12,995 nt of DNA from Tubiluchus corallicola (Eukaryota; Animalia; Priapulida): assembly GCA_030141605.1 (NCBI GenBank), contig JAQGDQ010002148.1, positions 1-12,995 of the forward strand, read 5' to 3'. The notes below the pieces were generated by a model. The model saw only the letters and a program-made list of their open reading frames with translations. It did no database searches and was not told where the DNA came from. Every line of letters starts with the position of its first letter. Within the stretch, counting starts at the first letter, position 1. The position numbers and the translations under genes were made by a program. Below are positions 1-9,731 of this stretch, piece after piece.

Positions 1-451
<451 letters not shown>

Positions 452-1027
452 TTCTTGAAGCTACTGTTCGATAAGGAGGTCAGGCTGATGAAAATGGCAC
501 CTCCAACATTCAAAACTTAGAGAAAATTTTGGTAACAAATGCAATAGTGACACCTTAACTGTAAACTAATTCAATGCTTTGTGGAGAAAGGTAAATTCAT
601 GCAAGCGAAACGCAAGTAAAAGTTTGACTAGACATATTTTATTACAACTTTGTTACACTCCAAGCCAGCAACTTCAATTTTACAATATGCAATACTCTTA
701 CTAATGGCCACAATTAAAGCCACATATTGTGACATAATATTATGAAATATTGTATATAATCCAGAAAGAATGATAAACAACTGAAAAGTACATTGTAGTT
801 TAAATCGTTAAATCACTTGAACCACGAGAATAAGAAAAAAAACGAAATTCCATCTCCATTTTATCTTCAACTGCTGTACGTAAATTCTGTTAATACAAAA
901 TACAGTAGTCTTAGGAAAAAACTCATATAAAAAATTATATCACTTGCCCTAAATGCTTTAAAGACTTCACACAAACACATTATGAACAAAATAAATTTCA
1001 CAACTTTGTTTTTTGTAACAATTTTAA

Positions 1028-1572
1028 AAGAAAACCGGATGATTGTGTAAACAGTTCAAAATAAAGAATGCTCTGAAATACTGAACACTACAATAGCTTT
1101 TTTAAATCAAAACTTAGATTAAATAACAATTACCTCGGATAGTTAAATTTTGTTAAACTTTCAAAGCTACGCGCGGCTCAGAGAATCAATTAAGACTGGC
1201 AATGGCGTCTTTTTGTCACATTCGCGTGGCCGACAAATAAGCCCTGTGCAGTAATAAGCATAATCATGAAGAGCAGTGTTCGTTTGTGATGTCAGTGTGA
1301 TGTAGAGCCCATATTTGTGACATCACATCACCATCTTAGAGCAATCTTCGCTTACGCAAGTGTGCTTGACGCGCAGAGAAGATGCTTACCATTGCACAAA
1401 CTGTAGTTAGTTTGTGATGTAATCAATAGCTGTGTTCGGTTGCCATTAATTAATTTTTGAAGTTAATTATTCAAATATTAGAAACAACTGCTAACTTTCA
1501 TAGGCAGGAAAATATATATTTTGCACAGTAAATTAAAATGAAATTGAGTCTAAACAATCACCCGGTTTTCCT
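1028..1572. mobile_element. Non-autonomous DNA transposon (MITE) with TTAA target duplication, Kolobok-like
   Basis: The left end AAGAAAACCGGATGATTGTGTAAAC matches the reverse complement of the right end, AGGAAAACCGGGTGATTGTTTAGAC (21/25). TTAA flanks at 1024-1027 and 1573-1576. Purine-purine termini with TTAA fit Kolobok better than piggyBac. No transposase ORF. Confidence 0.8.
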
Positions 1573-2178
1573 TTAATGCTCAAGGAAATAGCAACAGAAA
1601 GCAGTCATACTTTCCATCACTTTTACAGGAACTTGGAAACTTGGAAAAGGAACCAAATTTCCAAGCAAAATAACTCCGGTTCAAAACTTACTGAGACACG
1701 GATTTTTTGTCACGTTTTCGTCTAAAGTGGGTGAAGTGGTCGAGCAAAATATTGTAATACAAATTACAACATTTCTACTGCATAAATACATACTTTTCAT
1801 AAATGATTTTACCTAGTAAAGAAAGACGTGTTTACATTATGTGCAATTACGATATTCGCGATACTAAAAAATACAACAGTTTTCTAAATGTACAATGCAG
1901 TAAAAAAATATAGCAGATTATGCACTTGACATGACTAGAAATCTCCTTCAATATGAATGCAAGACTTTTTTCTAACGACTGGTGGTGGCTATCACGTATC
2001 ACCTAAAAAAACAACTTATTATAATTAATAATACTCTTGAAAAGCAGAAATTTTATTTTACTACAACAAGCAAATACCATTTTGCATTTTTATAAAAGTA
2101 AAATAATTGTTAATGGGTTAATAATCCAGTAGGACCTGCTAATAAAAATAAGCTTTTCTCAAGAGTTTCTTCGAGCAG

Positions 2179-2315
2179 CTGTGGATTACTGACCAATCCT
2201 AATGTGAACGATTGACCTTCCACTGTGGATTACTGACCAATCCTAATGTGTACGATTGACCTTGCACTGTGGATTACTGACCAATCTGATTGTGTATGAG
2301 TGACCTTGTGCTGTG
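2179..2315. repeat. 44-bp tandem repeat, about 3 copies
   Basis: Unit CTGTGGATTACTGACCAATCCTAATGTG(A/T)ACGATTGACCTT(C/G)CA starts at 2179, 2223 and 2267; the third copy is diverged. Confidence 0.95.
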
Positions 2316-2415
2316 TCTAGATGCAGTGTGAACCATGATTCTCTGTTTAGTGACCTCTAGTGGCTAAAATTGTAAATTTCCTCTAGTGTAAATTTCTAAA
2401 TCTGAAAAGTTATAT

Positions 2416-2488
2416 GCCTCTGTGCTCTAATAGTTAGCATAGCTGCCTGGAAAGCAGAAGGTCTCGGGTTCGAGTCCTAATCGAGGTG
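2416..2488 (+). pseudogene. tRNA-like sequence (tRNA-derived SINE head or tRNA pseudogene)
   Basis: Degenerate A box (TGCTCTAATAGTTAG), anticodon-arm-like CTGC-CTGGAAA-GCAG, B box GGTTCGAGTCC, partial acceptor pairing GCCTC/GAGGT and a downstream TTTT. The stems are imperfect, so it is unlikely to be a functional tRNA. Confidence 0.7.
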
Positions 2489-2575
2489 CAGATCTTTTCA
2501 GACCTTCTAATTTAGAATTTTTTGCTTTAAAGCATTGATAAGATGACTGTAAAAGTTCTTAATAGTTTACAAGTG

Positions 2576-2722
2576 ATGCAAAAATATATAAAAACTGTCT
2601 GCAATTGACTCAAACAACTCCGCATAAGTGACTCTATATTTCTTCTGCACAATGCTTTGAACTGATGTAATGATGTAAACTAAATGATGGCCTGCCATCT
2701 AGCAGTCAGCCCATGAAACAAC
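2576..2722 (+). repeat. Dispersed repeat fragment, homologous to 10954-11112
   Basis: Both sites share ATGCAAAA.TATATAAAAACTGTCTGCAATTGACTCAAA.AACTCCGCA ... TGATGTAAAC ... GGCCTGCCA.CTAG..GTCAGC. Confidence 0.85.
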
Positions 2723-2900
2723 GGACTGTGTGACTTTTTAGCAGTCCAGATTTTGTTTCCGATTCTTTGCGGGGTCCAGCAAACACAAATATGAGTGTAA
2801 ATCTGAACATCACCGAGATGTCTCTGTTGGTAGCTCATCTTAGAGAGAAAGCCGGGCTACAGTAAGGTCACAAAAATCTCATTAAATACATTGAATAAGT

Positions 2901-3381
2901 CAGGGGTGTGCAAATTATCTGACTAGCCAGGCCACATTAAACTTTCCTGCAATTCCTGCGGGCCACAGGCAGTTTGATCAAGGAGCCAAGTACAGAAACG
3001 CCTAATAACGATTTTTTGCATCCGACCTGCGTACATCATTACTACTAAACTCAAGAAACTATTTTAGAAGTTATTAAAATTTATATTACAAACCATATAT
3101 TTCTACTTTCAGGACAGATAGTGGTAATTTCATTACAATGCATAATAGTAATGTGTATCACACAGTCTGTGTAGTACAGTGACATTAAGCTACAACCGTC
3201 TTGTAAGGCTTAATGGCATCCGATCTAGTAGAAAAAACTACCAGCACTATCTTTGGGATCGTGGCACGGACTTCAGCTGGATACACTCAATTAATTGCCC
3301 GGGCCGCACTTTCATTAGGTTGACAAATCTCTTCGCGGGCCGCACAAATTCTCTCGGCGGGCCGCAATTTGCACACCCCTG
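2901..3381 (+). mobile_element. hAT-type MITE, copy 1 (481 bp)
   Basis: TIR CAGGGGTGTGCAAATT ... AATTTGCACACCCCTG, with repeated subterminal GGGCC(G/A)CA motifs. It is homologous to 3412-3790 and 9732-10232 and has a ~20-bp subterminal deletion relative to copy 3. The flanks GAATAAGT and TGATAAAA do not form a TSD. Strand marks relative orientation only. Confidence 0.9.
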
Positions 3382-3411
3382 TGATAAAACATCACCGCAT
3401 CACCATGACAC

Positions 3412-3790
3412 CTGAAGTCCGTGCCACGATCCCAAAGATAGTGCGGGTAGTTTTTTCTACTAGATCGGATGCCATTAACCCTTACAAGACGGTTGTAGCT
3501 TAATGTCACTGTACTACACAGACTGTGTGATACACATTACTAATATGCATTGTAATGAAATTACCACAATCTGTCCTGAAAGTAGAAATATATGGTTTGT
3601 AATATAAATTTTAATAACTTCTAAAATAGTTTCTTGAGTGTAGTAGTAATGATGTACGCGGGTCGGATGCAAAAAAAAATCGTTATTAGGTCCTACTGTA
3701 CTTGGCTCCTTGACCAAACTGCATGTGGCCCGCAGGAATTGCGGGAAAGTTTAATGTGGCCCGGCTAGTCAGATAATTTGCACACCCCTG
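3412..3790 (-). mobile_element. hAT-type MITE, copy 2 (truncated, inverted relative to copy 1)
   Basis: Reverse complement of 2901-3276 (about 95% identity by eye). Only one TIR remains, ending at 3790. Confidence 0.9.
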
Positions 3791-3806
3791 TTGTATCAGA
3801 TGACAC

Positions 3807-4095
3807 GAGATGCAGCCATTTTGATAGTAAGTCGTTTAAAACAAGTTTAGATAACACCGCATAAGTCTGAAAAATAATCAGAACATTCGTAGCATACACG
3901 TGACTAATTAAGTAAAATTTTAAAATACTTTATATTGTCAATAAGACTAATAATGTGTTTTTGTGAGTCAGTAGTGCACAGTGGGAAGGGAGTCAGTGAC
4001 ATTTTACCAGCTGGCATGAAAATTTTAAATTATTAAGAATTTCGTTTTCTAATTACATAAATCTTTCAAACACGTATAAGCAAAATGCAAGTTTT
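3807..4095 (+). repeat. Diverged internal fragment of the repeat at 8223-8907
   Basis: Collinear similarity with ~8372-8660: GCAGCCATTTT, AAACAAGTTTAGATAACA, AAAATAATCAGA.CATTCGTAGC, TTGTCAATAAGA, GAGTCAG.GACATTTTACCA. Confidence 0.8.
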
Positions 4096-4167
4096 AATTT
4101 CGTAAGGCAGGTTTTTCTTGGGACATAGGCTTAAAATTGTCTTAGCCTATAAAAATTGTTGTATAGG

Positions 4168-4322
4168 TTACTTACAACATACAATAGTACTTCCATGACT
4201 GCTGCACAATGATGTAATGGTAGAATTCGGTGGCAGATTTACAGCTTGTGGAAGAGATGAGTCCATTTCTGTTCGCCCAAGACGACCTCTCGTTCCCTTG
4301 CCCCACGTATACACAGTGCCAT
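4168..4322 (-). CDS. NEK8: NEK8-like kinase, last RCC1-repeat exon: (D)GTVYTWGKGTRGRLGRTEMDSSLPQAVNLPPNSTITSLCSSHGSTIVCCK*
   Basis: AG acceptor at 4324-4323, phase 1, TAA at 4170-4168. The peptide closely resembles the vertebrate NEK8 C-terminus as I recall it (VYSWGKGARGRLG...SCCHGNTLL). The exon may instead end at the GTAAGT donor after 4176. Confidence 0.88.
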
Positions 4323-4931
4323 CTATGATACGAAAAAAACAATATTCAACCATATTCCATGTTTATACATTTAAAGTTCAGCCTCACCAACGATTTTTAG
4401 CAATAGTTTAAGGAACACGCGTTGAAATCATATTCCAATCGCTTTCGTAAAATAATTAAGTAACATCAATGGCACGACTCTAGATCGAGACCTTTCTTTT
4501 GATGTATAGATTGCCGCAAATGGTGCCGTCGTTGAAGCTATAGCCTCGAATCTTATATATATATATATACCAAGAATATTAATATATAGATCAGCTAAAC
4601 AACTGCTCGATCTAACTTATGCCAATTGCTTTATATGCAATTCAGCACTCGGGCGGCCATTCACTGATGACGTCATGCAGGAAACTTAAAAAGATTGCCA
4701 CCATTGCTTGTTGCTTTACTACATTCCCCTGCTACACAAATTCAGGGGGTATGGACTCGTATGTCATACAGAAAAATGACTGAACACAAAAATAAACTTC
4801 TGCACTTTCGACAGTTCAACACGCTGCAGCTCATACAAGAAAGACAAAGCAAAACAATCAAAAGGACAATAGCAAAGACAATTGTAATAAATTGTAATAA
4901 ATTGTCTTTGCTATCTAAACAACTTAATCAC

Positions 4932-5099
4932 CTTCAGACACGGCAACTGTAAATGTGTCACCACACGTAACCATGGCAACCGTATTGCGTTCTGATTTGA
5001 GAGACACTCTGTTTGACGTGCACAATCCAACATGGACGTCTAGCCGATTGTATCCTAGTTGTCCGAACTGATTTGACCCAAACATGTAACAAAGACAGT
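4932..5099 (-). CDS. NEK8: NEK8-like kinase, internal RCC1 exon: (D)CLCYMFGSNQFGQLGYNRLDVHVGLCTSNRVSLKSERNTVAMVTCGDTFTVAVSE
   Basis: 168 nt, TTTTTGCAG acceptor, G|GTGATT donor, phase 1-1. Contains the RCC1 motifs FGSNQFGQLG and CGDTFTVAV. Not shown in the ORF track. Confidence 0.92.
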
Positions 5100-5259
5100 C
5101 TGCAAAAAATTAAAAGTCATTCATCAATACCAAATTGTTTTTCTTATCATTTACCTTTGCCTAAATAAATGATATGTAAGTAATATATAAATTTATGAAT
5201 ACAAGTGTTGCTGTATGGCTGATGCAAATCATGATGTCAGCAAAAATATAAAAAAATCC

Positions 5260-5397
5260 ACAGGTCTGTTTAATCATTACCTATTTGGCTTCTGTGAAAT
5301 ACATAATTAGTGCATAATTTACTGTATCAATTTCTTTTCTACAGGTCTGTTTATTCATTACCTATTTGGCTTTTGTTAAATATATAATTACTGCATT
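5260..5397. repeat. Imperfect direct duplication (~56-bp core, 81-bp period)
   Basis: ACAGGTCTGTTTA.TCATTACCTATTTGGCTT.TGT.AAATA.ATAATTA.TGCAT at 5260 and 5341. Confidence 0.85.
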
Positions 5398-5611
5398 CTA
5401 TGCTGTAACGTCATATATTGTAGGCTCTGCCTATATAAACTGGTTGCAAAAATTTACAACTGATGATAACAGCAGTAGCTCTGTCGAAACATTTGACATG
5501 ATTTTTTACCTTTATAAATTAAAAGTTTTAATAAAGTTGTGCTGTTTTAACTAGAAATAGTTTCGTTTTGGCCTTTAAAATTTGCACAAAAACACGCTAA
5601 CTATAGTCCAC

Positions 5612-5748
5612 TATTATATATATTTTATGTTATATATGACATATTATAATTATATATGTATATTATATATTAAATATTGATATATATATATTATATTTCA
5701 TACATTATATATTATACATTATATATTACACATTATATATTATATAAT
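5612..5748. repeat. AT-rich low-complexity / degenerate (TA)n tract
   Basis: Nearly all A/T, with recurring TATAT/ATTAT units. Confidence 0.85.
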
Positions 5749-7243
5749 ACTACAGAGACTAGTATGCAATGTAGCACTGGTGACATTTTATTGGGCATTT
5801 TTAATATACTGAAGAGTAAATCTACATATTTCTGTCACTTTCTAGTGTGTATAACAAACACAGGCTGTAGTTATTTGACAGTAATCTTAGCGAAGCGAAA
5901 GCTGCTTTCTAATGCCTGTCGTTGTTCATTTAATTCAATTTCTTTTATTTAGCTCTAAAAATTATGTAAATTAAAAATTTTTTAATAAAGTTGTGGTGTT
6001 TTAACTATGAACAATTATGATTATCATGATACATCATAATAACAAGTAAAAGCAGTTGCTGTATCATTTTAATTAAAATACAGAAAACAGACATTCTGCA
6101 AAAGTTGATTACAAAATGAAATTAATTAAGAAGTGGGTTTTTGGGCACCTCCAGACAAAGTGACACAAACATTTATCACAGCAACAAACGGTGATTGCTA
6201 ATAACTAAAGTCAGGTAAACAAACAAAAGCATTTCAAGTCAATCGCAATTTATTTACCTACCATAAACAAATAAAGTAATGAAATAGAAAAATCTTAAAT
6301 CGGTCATTAACTTGCACATACTGAGAACACTATTAACACATGATGGTATTACCTGTAAAACAAAAAAAATCACATTTTGCTCAATATCTTAGGATTAGGA
6401 TTTTTCCCCATGACTGTTTTCCTGTGTTTTTTCTGACTTGTTAACTCCATCATTCGAAATAGATCTTATAAGGCCAATGACTTTTCTGTTACTGTATGAC
6501 TACACACATAACGAAATGATTACAAACTAGGTGCTGTTCTATTCAGGAGAATCTCGGCTATCCATTCACACTATTTGTTAAACATTTATGAGTGATTTAA
6601 TTGGATAAAACAATAAAAAAATGCAGGCACTCCTACTTAGCTTATTGAGTAGGTTAGTCTAGTGTACCTTGCTTGATGGTACACACTATTTTATTGATCG
6701 CCTATTTGACTGACAGCCCAAGAGAACTTTCTGCTGTACAAAGTTCCTGGAAAAACCAATTGATCAGCCAAGGACAAATTAAGGTCGTTTCATCCTTTAA
6801 TGGGAATTTCTCCTTAATAATAGAGCAGACTTGAGGCCAAAGTTTATCAGAATGTTGTGTCTGGATAGTTGAAATTTTCTGCATTAGACGATTTCACACA
6901 ATTCATACTGTACATTCTTGCAGTGCAAACACTGCAGTTACTGAAAGCTTTTTCTATTTTCTTCGTGAAAAATAGATTTTTAATTTGTCTAAGGTAAACA
7001 AACGCATTTCATATATAATTTTGCACGAAAATCCATTGTGTGAGGAGTAGAACCCAACAAAATGATCAAATATAATGTAACGGCTGCTTAGTGAGAGCAG
7101 TTTTTCATCAACTCGTGCAAAACGCAGCAAACACTTACCGTCTTGAAGGAGTTAATTGTGACTATCTACCAGTGACTTTGTTACCTGGATTCTTGCAAAT
7201 AAACTGTGCAAAAAACTCAGCAACTCAGCAATGCAGCAATTCG

Positions 7244-7963
7244 CTGTTAGCAAGTTGAGTACATAACACACAACAGCAACACCACATTTGCTGTTAGCAA
7301 GTTGAGTACATAACGCACAACAGCAACCCGCACATTCTCTGTTAGCAAGTTGAGTACATCACGCACAACAGCAACCCCCAGATTCTCTGCTAGCAAGTTG
7401 AGTAATAACGCACAACAGCAACCCCCGCATTCTCTGTAAGCAAGTTGAGTACATAACACACAACAGCAACCCCCACATTCTCTGTTAGCAAGTTGAGTAC
7501 ATCACGCACAACAGCAACTCCCACATTCTCTGCTAGCAAGTTGAGTACATAACACACAACAGCAACCCCACATTTGCTGTTAGCAAGTTGAGTACATCAC
7601 GCACAACAGCAACCCCCACATTCTCTGTTAGCAAGTTGAGTACATAACGCACAACAGCAACCCCCACATTCTCTGTTAGCAAGTTGAGTACATAACGCAC
7701 AACAGCAACCCCACATTTGCTGTTAGCAAGTTGAGTACATAACGCACAACAGCAACCCCCACATTACCTGTTAGCAAGTTGAGTACATAACGCACAACAG
7801 CAACCCCCACATTCTCTGTTAGCAAGTTGAGTACATAACGCACAACAGCAACCCCCACATTCTCTGTTAGCAAGTTGAGTACATAATGCACAACAGCAAC
7901 CCCCACATTCTCTGTTAGCAAGTTGAGTACATAATGCACAACAGCAACCCCCACATTACCTGT
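7244..7963. repeat. 47-48-bp minisatellite, about 15 copies, abutting the exon donor site
   Basis: Unit CTGTTAGCAAGTTGAGTACATAACGCACAACAGCAACCCCCACATTCT, with CATTCT/CATTTG/CATTAC variants at the unit junction. Confidence 0.97.
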
Positions 7964-8114
7964 TGTTAATAAAGCAGTATGTGAACTTCCGAGGGATGCA
8001 GATTTGACTGTAATGTCACACAAAGGTGGCGTTCGCACTTTGGTAAATAAACTAGCATCTTCAACATGCCGTGTGCTGCCATCTAATGCAGCATCGAGTC
8101 CTAGTTTGTTGTAC
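7960..8114 (-). CDS. NEK8: NEK8-like kinase, internal RCC1 exon: (R)YNKLGLDAALDGSTRHVEDASLFTKVRTPPLCDITVKSASLGSSHTALLTT
   Basis: 155 nt, T-rich AAG acceptor at 8116-8115, CAG|GTAATG donor, phase 2-1. Joins both neighbours in frame and resembles the NEK8 segment GSNRFNKLGL...LGTAHSA as recalled. Confidence 0.9.
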
Positions 8115-8222
8115 CTTAAAAAAACAACAATCAGCAGCTAGTACTGGTATACAAACAAAATCTTATTTCATAAACAACCCACTATCAAGCTACATAACTT
8201 TCTCATTCTCGCTGTTACTTAA

Positions 8223-8907
8223 AAGCACAAGAAAACCCTTCATAAACATGAAGCTTGAAAAATTCGATTTGAAATTTTATATCACTTACATACTGCCTTT
8301 TTGCATGCAGGACTTCAATCGGCAGTCACGCTGTATAAAACATGTAAATTTAAACTCCCGCGATGACCGTTAGACGCAGCCATTTTCACGACAGGTCATT
8401 TGAAACAAGTTTAGATAACATTGTGTAAAGTTTGAAAAAATAATCAGAGCATTCGTAGCGCACAAGTCACTAACTAAATAAAATTTAAAATTACTGTATC
8501 TTGTCAATAAGATTAAAAATACGTTTTTTGGTTAGTGAGTGGTGCACCCTGGAGGGTGAGTCAGCGACATTTTACCAATTGGTGAAAACATTTTAAATAA
8601 TTAATAATTTTCTTTTCTAGTTACATAAGTCTTTCTAGCAGGTAAGCGAAAATCTAAGTAATATAGATTTGCACGGAAAGTCTTTTGAGACATAATTTAA
8701 CATTGCCTTTTCTTCCCTTGATTTACGTTTGGTACATGACGTCATGTAATGGCGACTTCGGAACAGTATTGCGGGAGATTTAAAATGAGAACAAACTAAA
8801 ATTCATTTCAGTGCGAGTAAGATATACGCATAAAATTGCTATAAAGTAATATAATTTTTTAAGGCGATTTTTCTGAAACCTACTTCAGGTACCCCTTTTC
8901 TTATCCT
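8223..8907. mobile_element. Old TTAA-flanked DNA transposon remnant (possibly Kolobok-like)
   Basis: TTAA at 8219-8222 and 8908-8911. The ends are degenerate inverted repeats (GAAAAATTCGATTTGAAATTTTATATCACTT vs reverse complement GAAAAATCGCCTTAAAAAATTATATTACTT). The internal part recurs at 3807-4095. Confidence 0.5.
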
Positions 8908-9436
8908 TTAATGCATAACCAACAGTTCTCGTGTGACTATTAAACTTATAAATGAGTTATTTACTTGAACACAGAAAGGCTTTTATATAGGTTATACCTG
9001 ATAGCCAATCAGCTTTTCATTAAGTGCCCATTGTTCTTATTATAAATGTTGGACAGAAGAAAATCATTTTAATTACTCTAAATTTAAATTTTGTTGAATT
9101 GTCATCATACTTTTTTGAGTTTTGGACAGTGCTGCCACCTTCAGGTGTTCTTGTTAAAATTGCTAAATCTTTCTCTTTACTGTTTAAATGTTCAGTGGCT
9201 TCTACAGTGTTTAGGAATGCATAATCTCTAAACCTGTTTTCACACCTAAATGATTTCACCTGTAGTTTTTGGTCACTTGGTTTTCTGCTTTTCAACATGA
9301 CACTACTTCACTGTTTATGTAGACACTTCAGAATAGAATCTTAAAACTAAATTTCAAGTTTTTTTTGGTTTCTTCAAACCAAAAGTACTTAACATTGTAA
9401 TATTTCTTATCAAAGAAAAATATTGTTTAAACAATT

Positions 9437-9570
9437 CACTATATAACAAATTTTGTTAAATTTTTATTAGAAAAATGTAATAGTCCTATTGCACACTAGT
9501 AGTAATCATCAGGAAATATGTAAAAAAATATTTTTTCTAATAAAATTTAAATCAAATTTGTTATATAGTG
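9437..9570. repeat. Inverted repeat, ~39-bp arms, ~55-bp spacer
   Basis: CACTATATAACAAATTTTGTTAAATTTTTATTAGAAAAA vs reverse complement of 9532-9570, CACTATATAACAAATTTGATTTAAATTTTATTAGAAAAA. Confidence 0.85.
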
Positions 9571-9731
9571 GGTTGCCTATGAAACAGACATGTTTTGTTA
9601 AAACTCTAATGCTCCTATACTTTTAAAAATGTCAAGATAGGCCTACACCCATTGTAAAAACCTTGGTAACATTTTTTCGAGAACATTGTTTACCGCTTGA
9701 CAATAAGGTTGAGACGCTTAATGGTTCAACT

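Noticed and set aside
2416-2488. Functional tRNA-Ser(GGA)
   Set aside because: Acceptor, D and T stems pair poorly, there is no long variable arm, and a GGA anticodon is atypical for eukaryotic tRNA-Ser.
3179-3717. ORFs sharing the peptide LSYNRLVR.NGIRSSRKNY (also 9726-9953), plus neighbouring short ORFs
   Set aside because: They recur only because they lie in copies of the same MITE. Starts are non-ATG and there are no transposase motifs.
4323-4353. N-terminal MVEYCFFRII of ORF 4168-4353
   Set aside because: It lies upstream of the AG acceptor at 4324-4323, so it is intron read-through. NEK8 similarity continues in the 4932-5099 exon instead.
4408-4690. Possible further TTAA-flanked transposon remnant in the 4323-4931 intron
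   Set aside because: The interior looks repeat-like, but I could not find matching terminal inverted repeats or a second copy in the window.
5515-6007. ~40-bp direct repeat (TAAATTAAAA...TTTTAATAAAGTTGTG.TGTTTTAACTA at ~5515 and ~5967) as LTRs
   Set aside because: Too short and AT-rich, with no TG...CA ends, PBS or TSD. More likely an old local duplication.
7244-7963. CRISPR-like array, or a standalone repeat protein (ORFs 7247-7459, 7676-8038)
   Set aside because: Units are head-to-tail with no unique spacers, there are no cas genes and the context is eukaryotic. 47-bp units break the frame, and only 7960-8038 of the longer ORF is exon.
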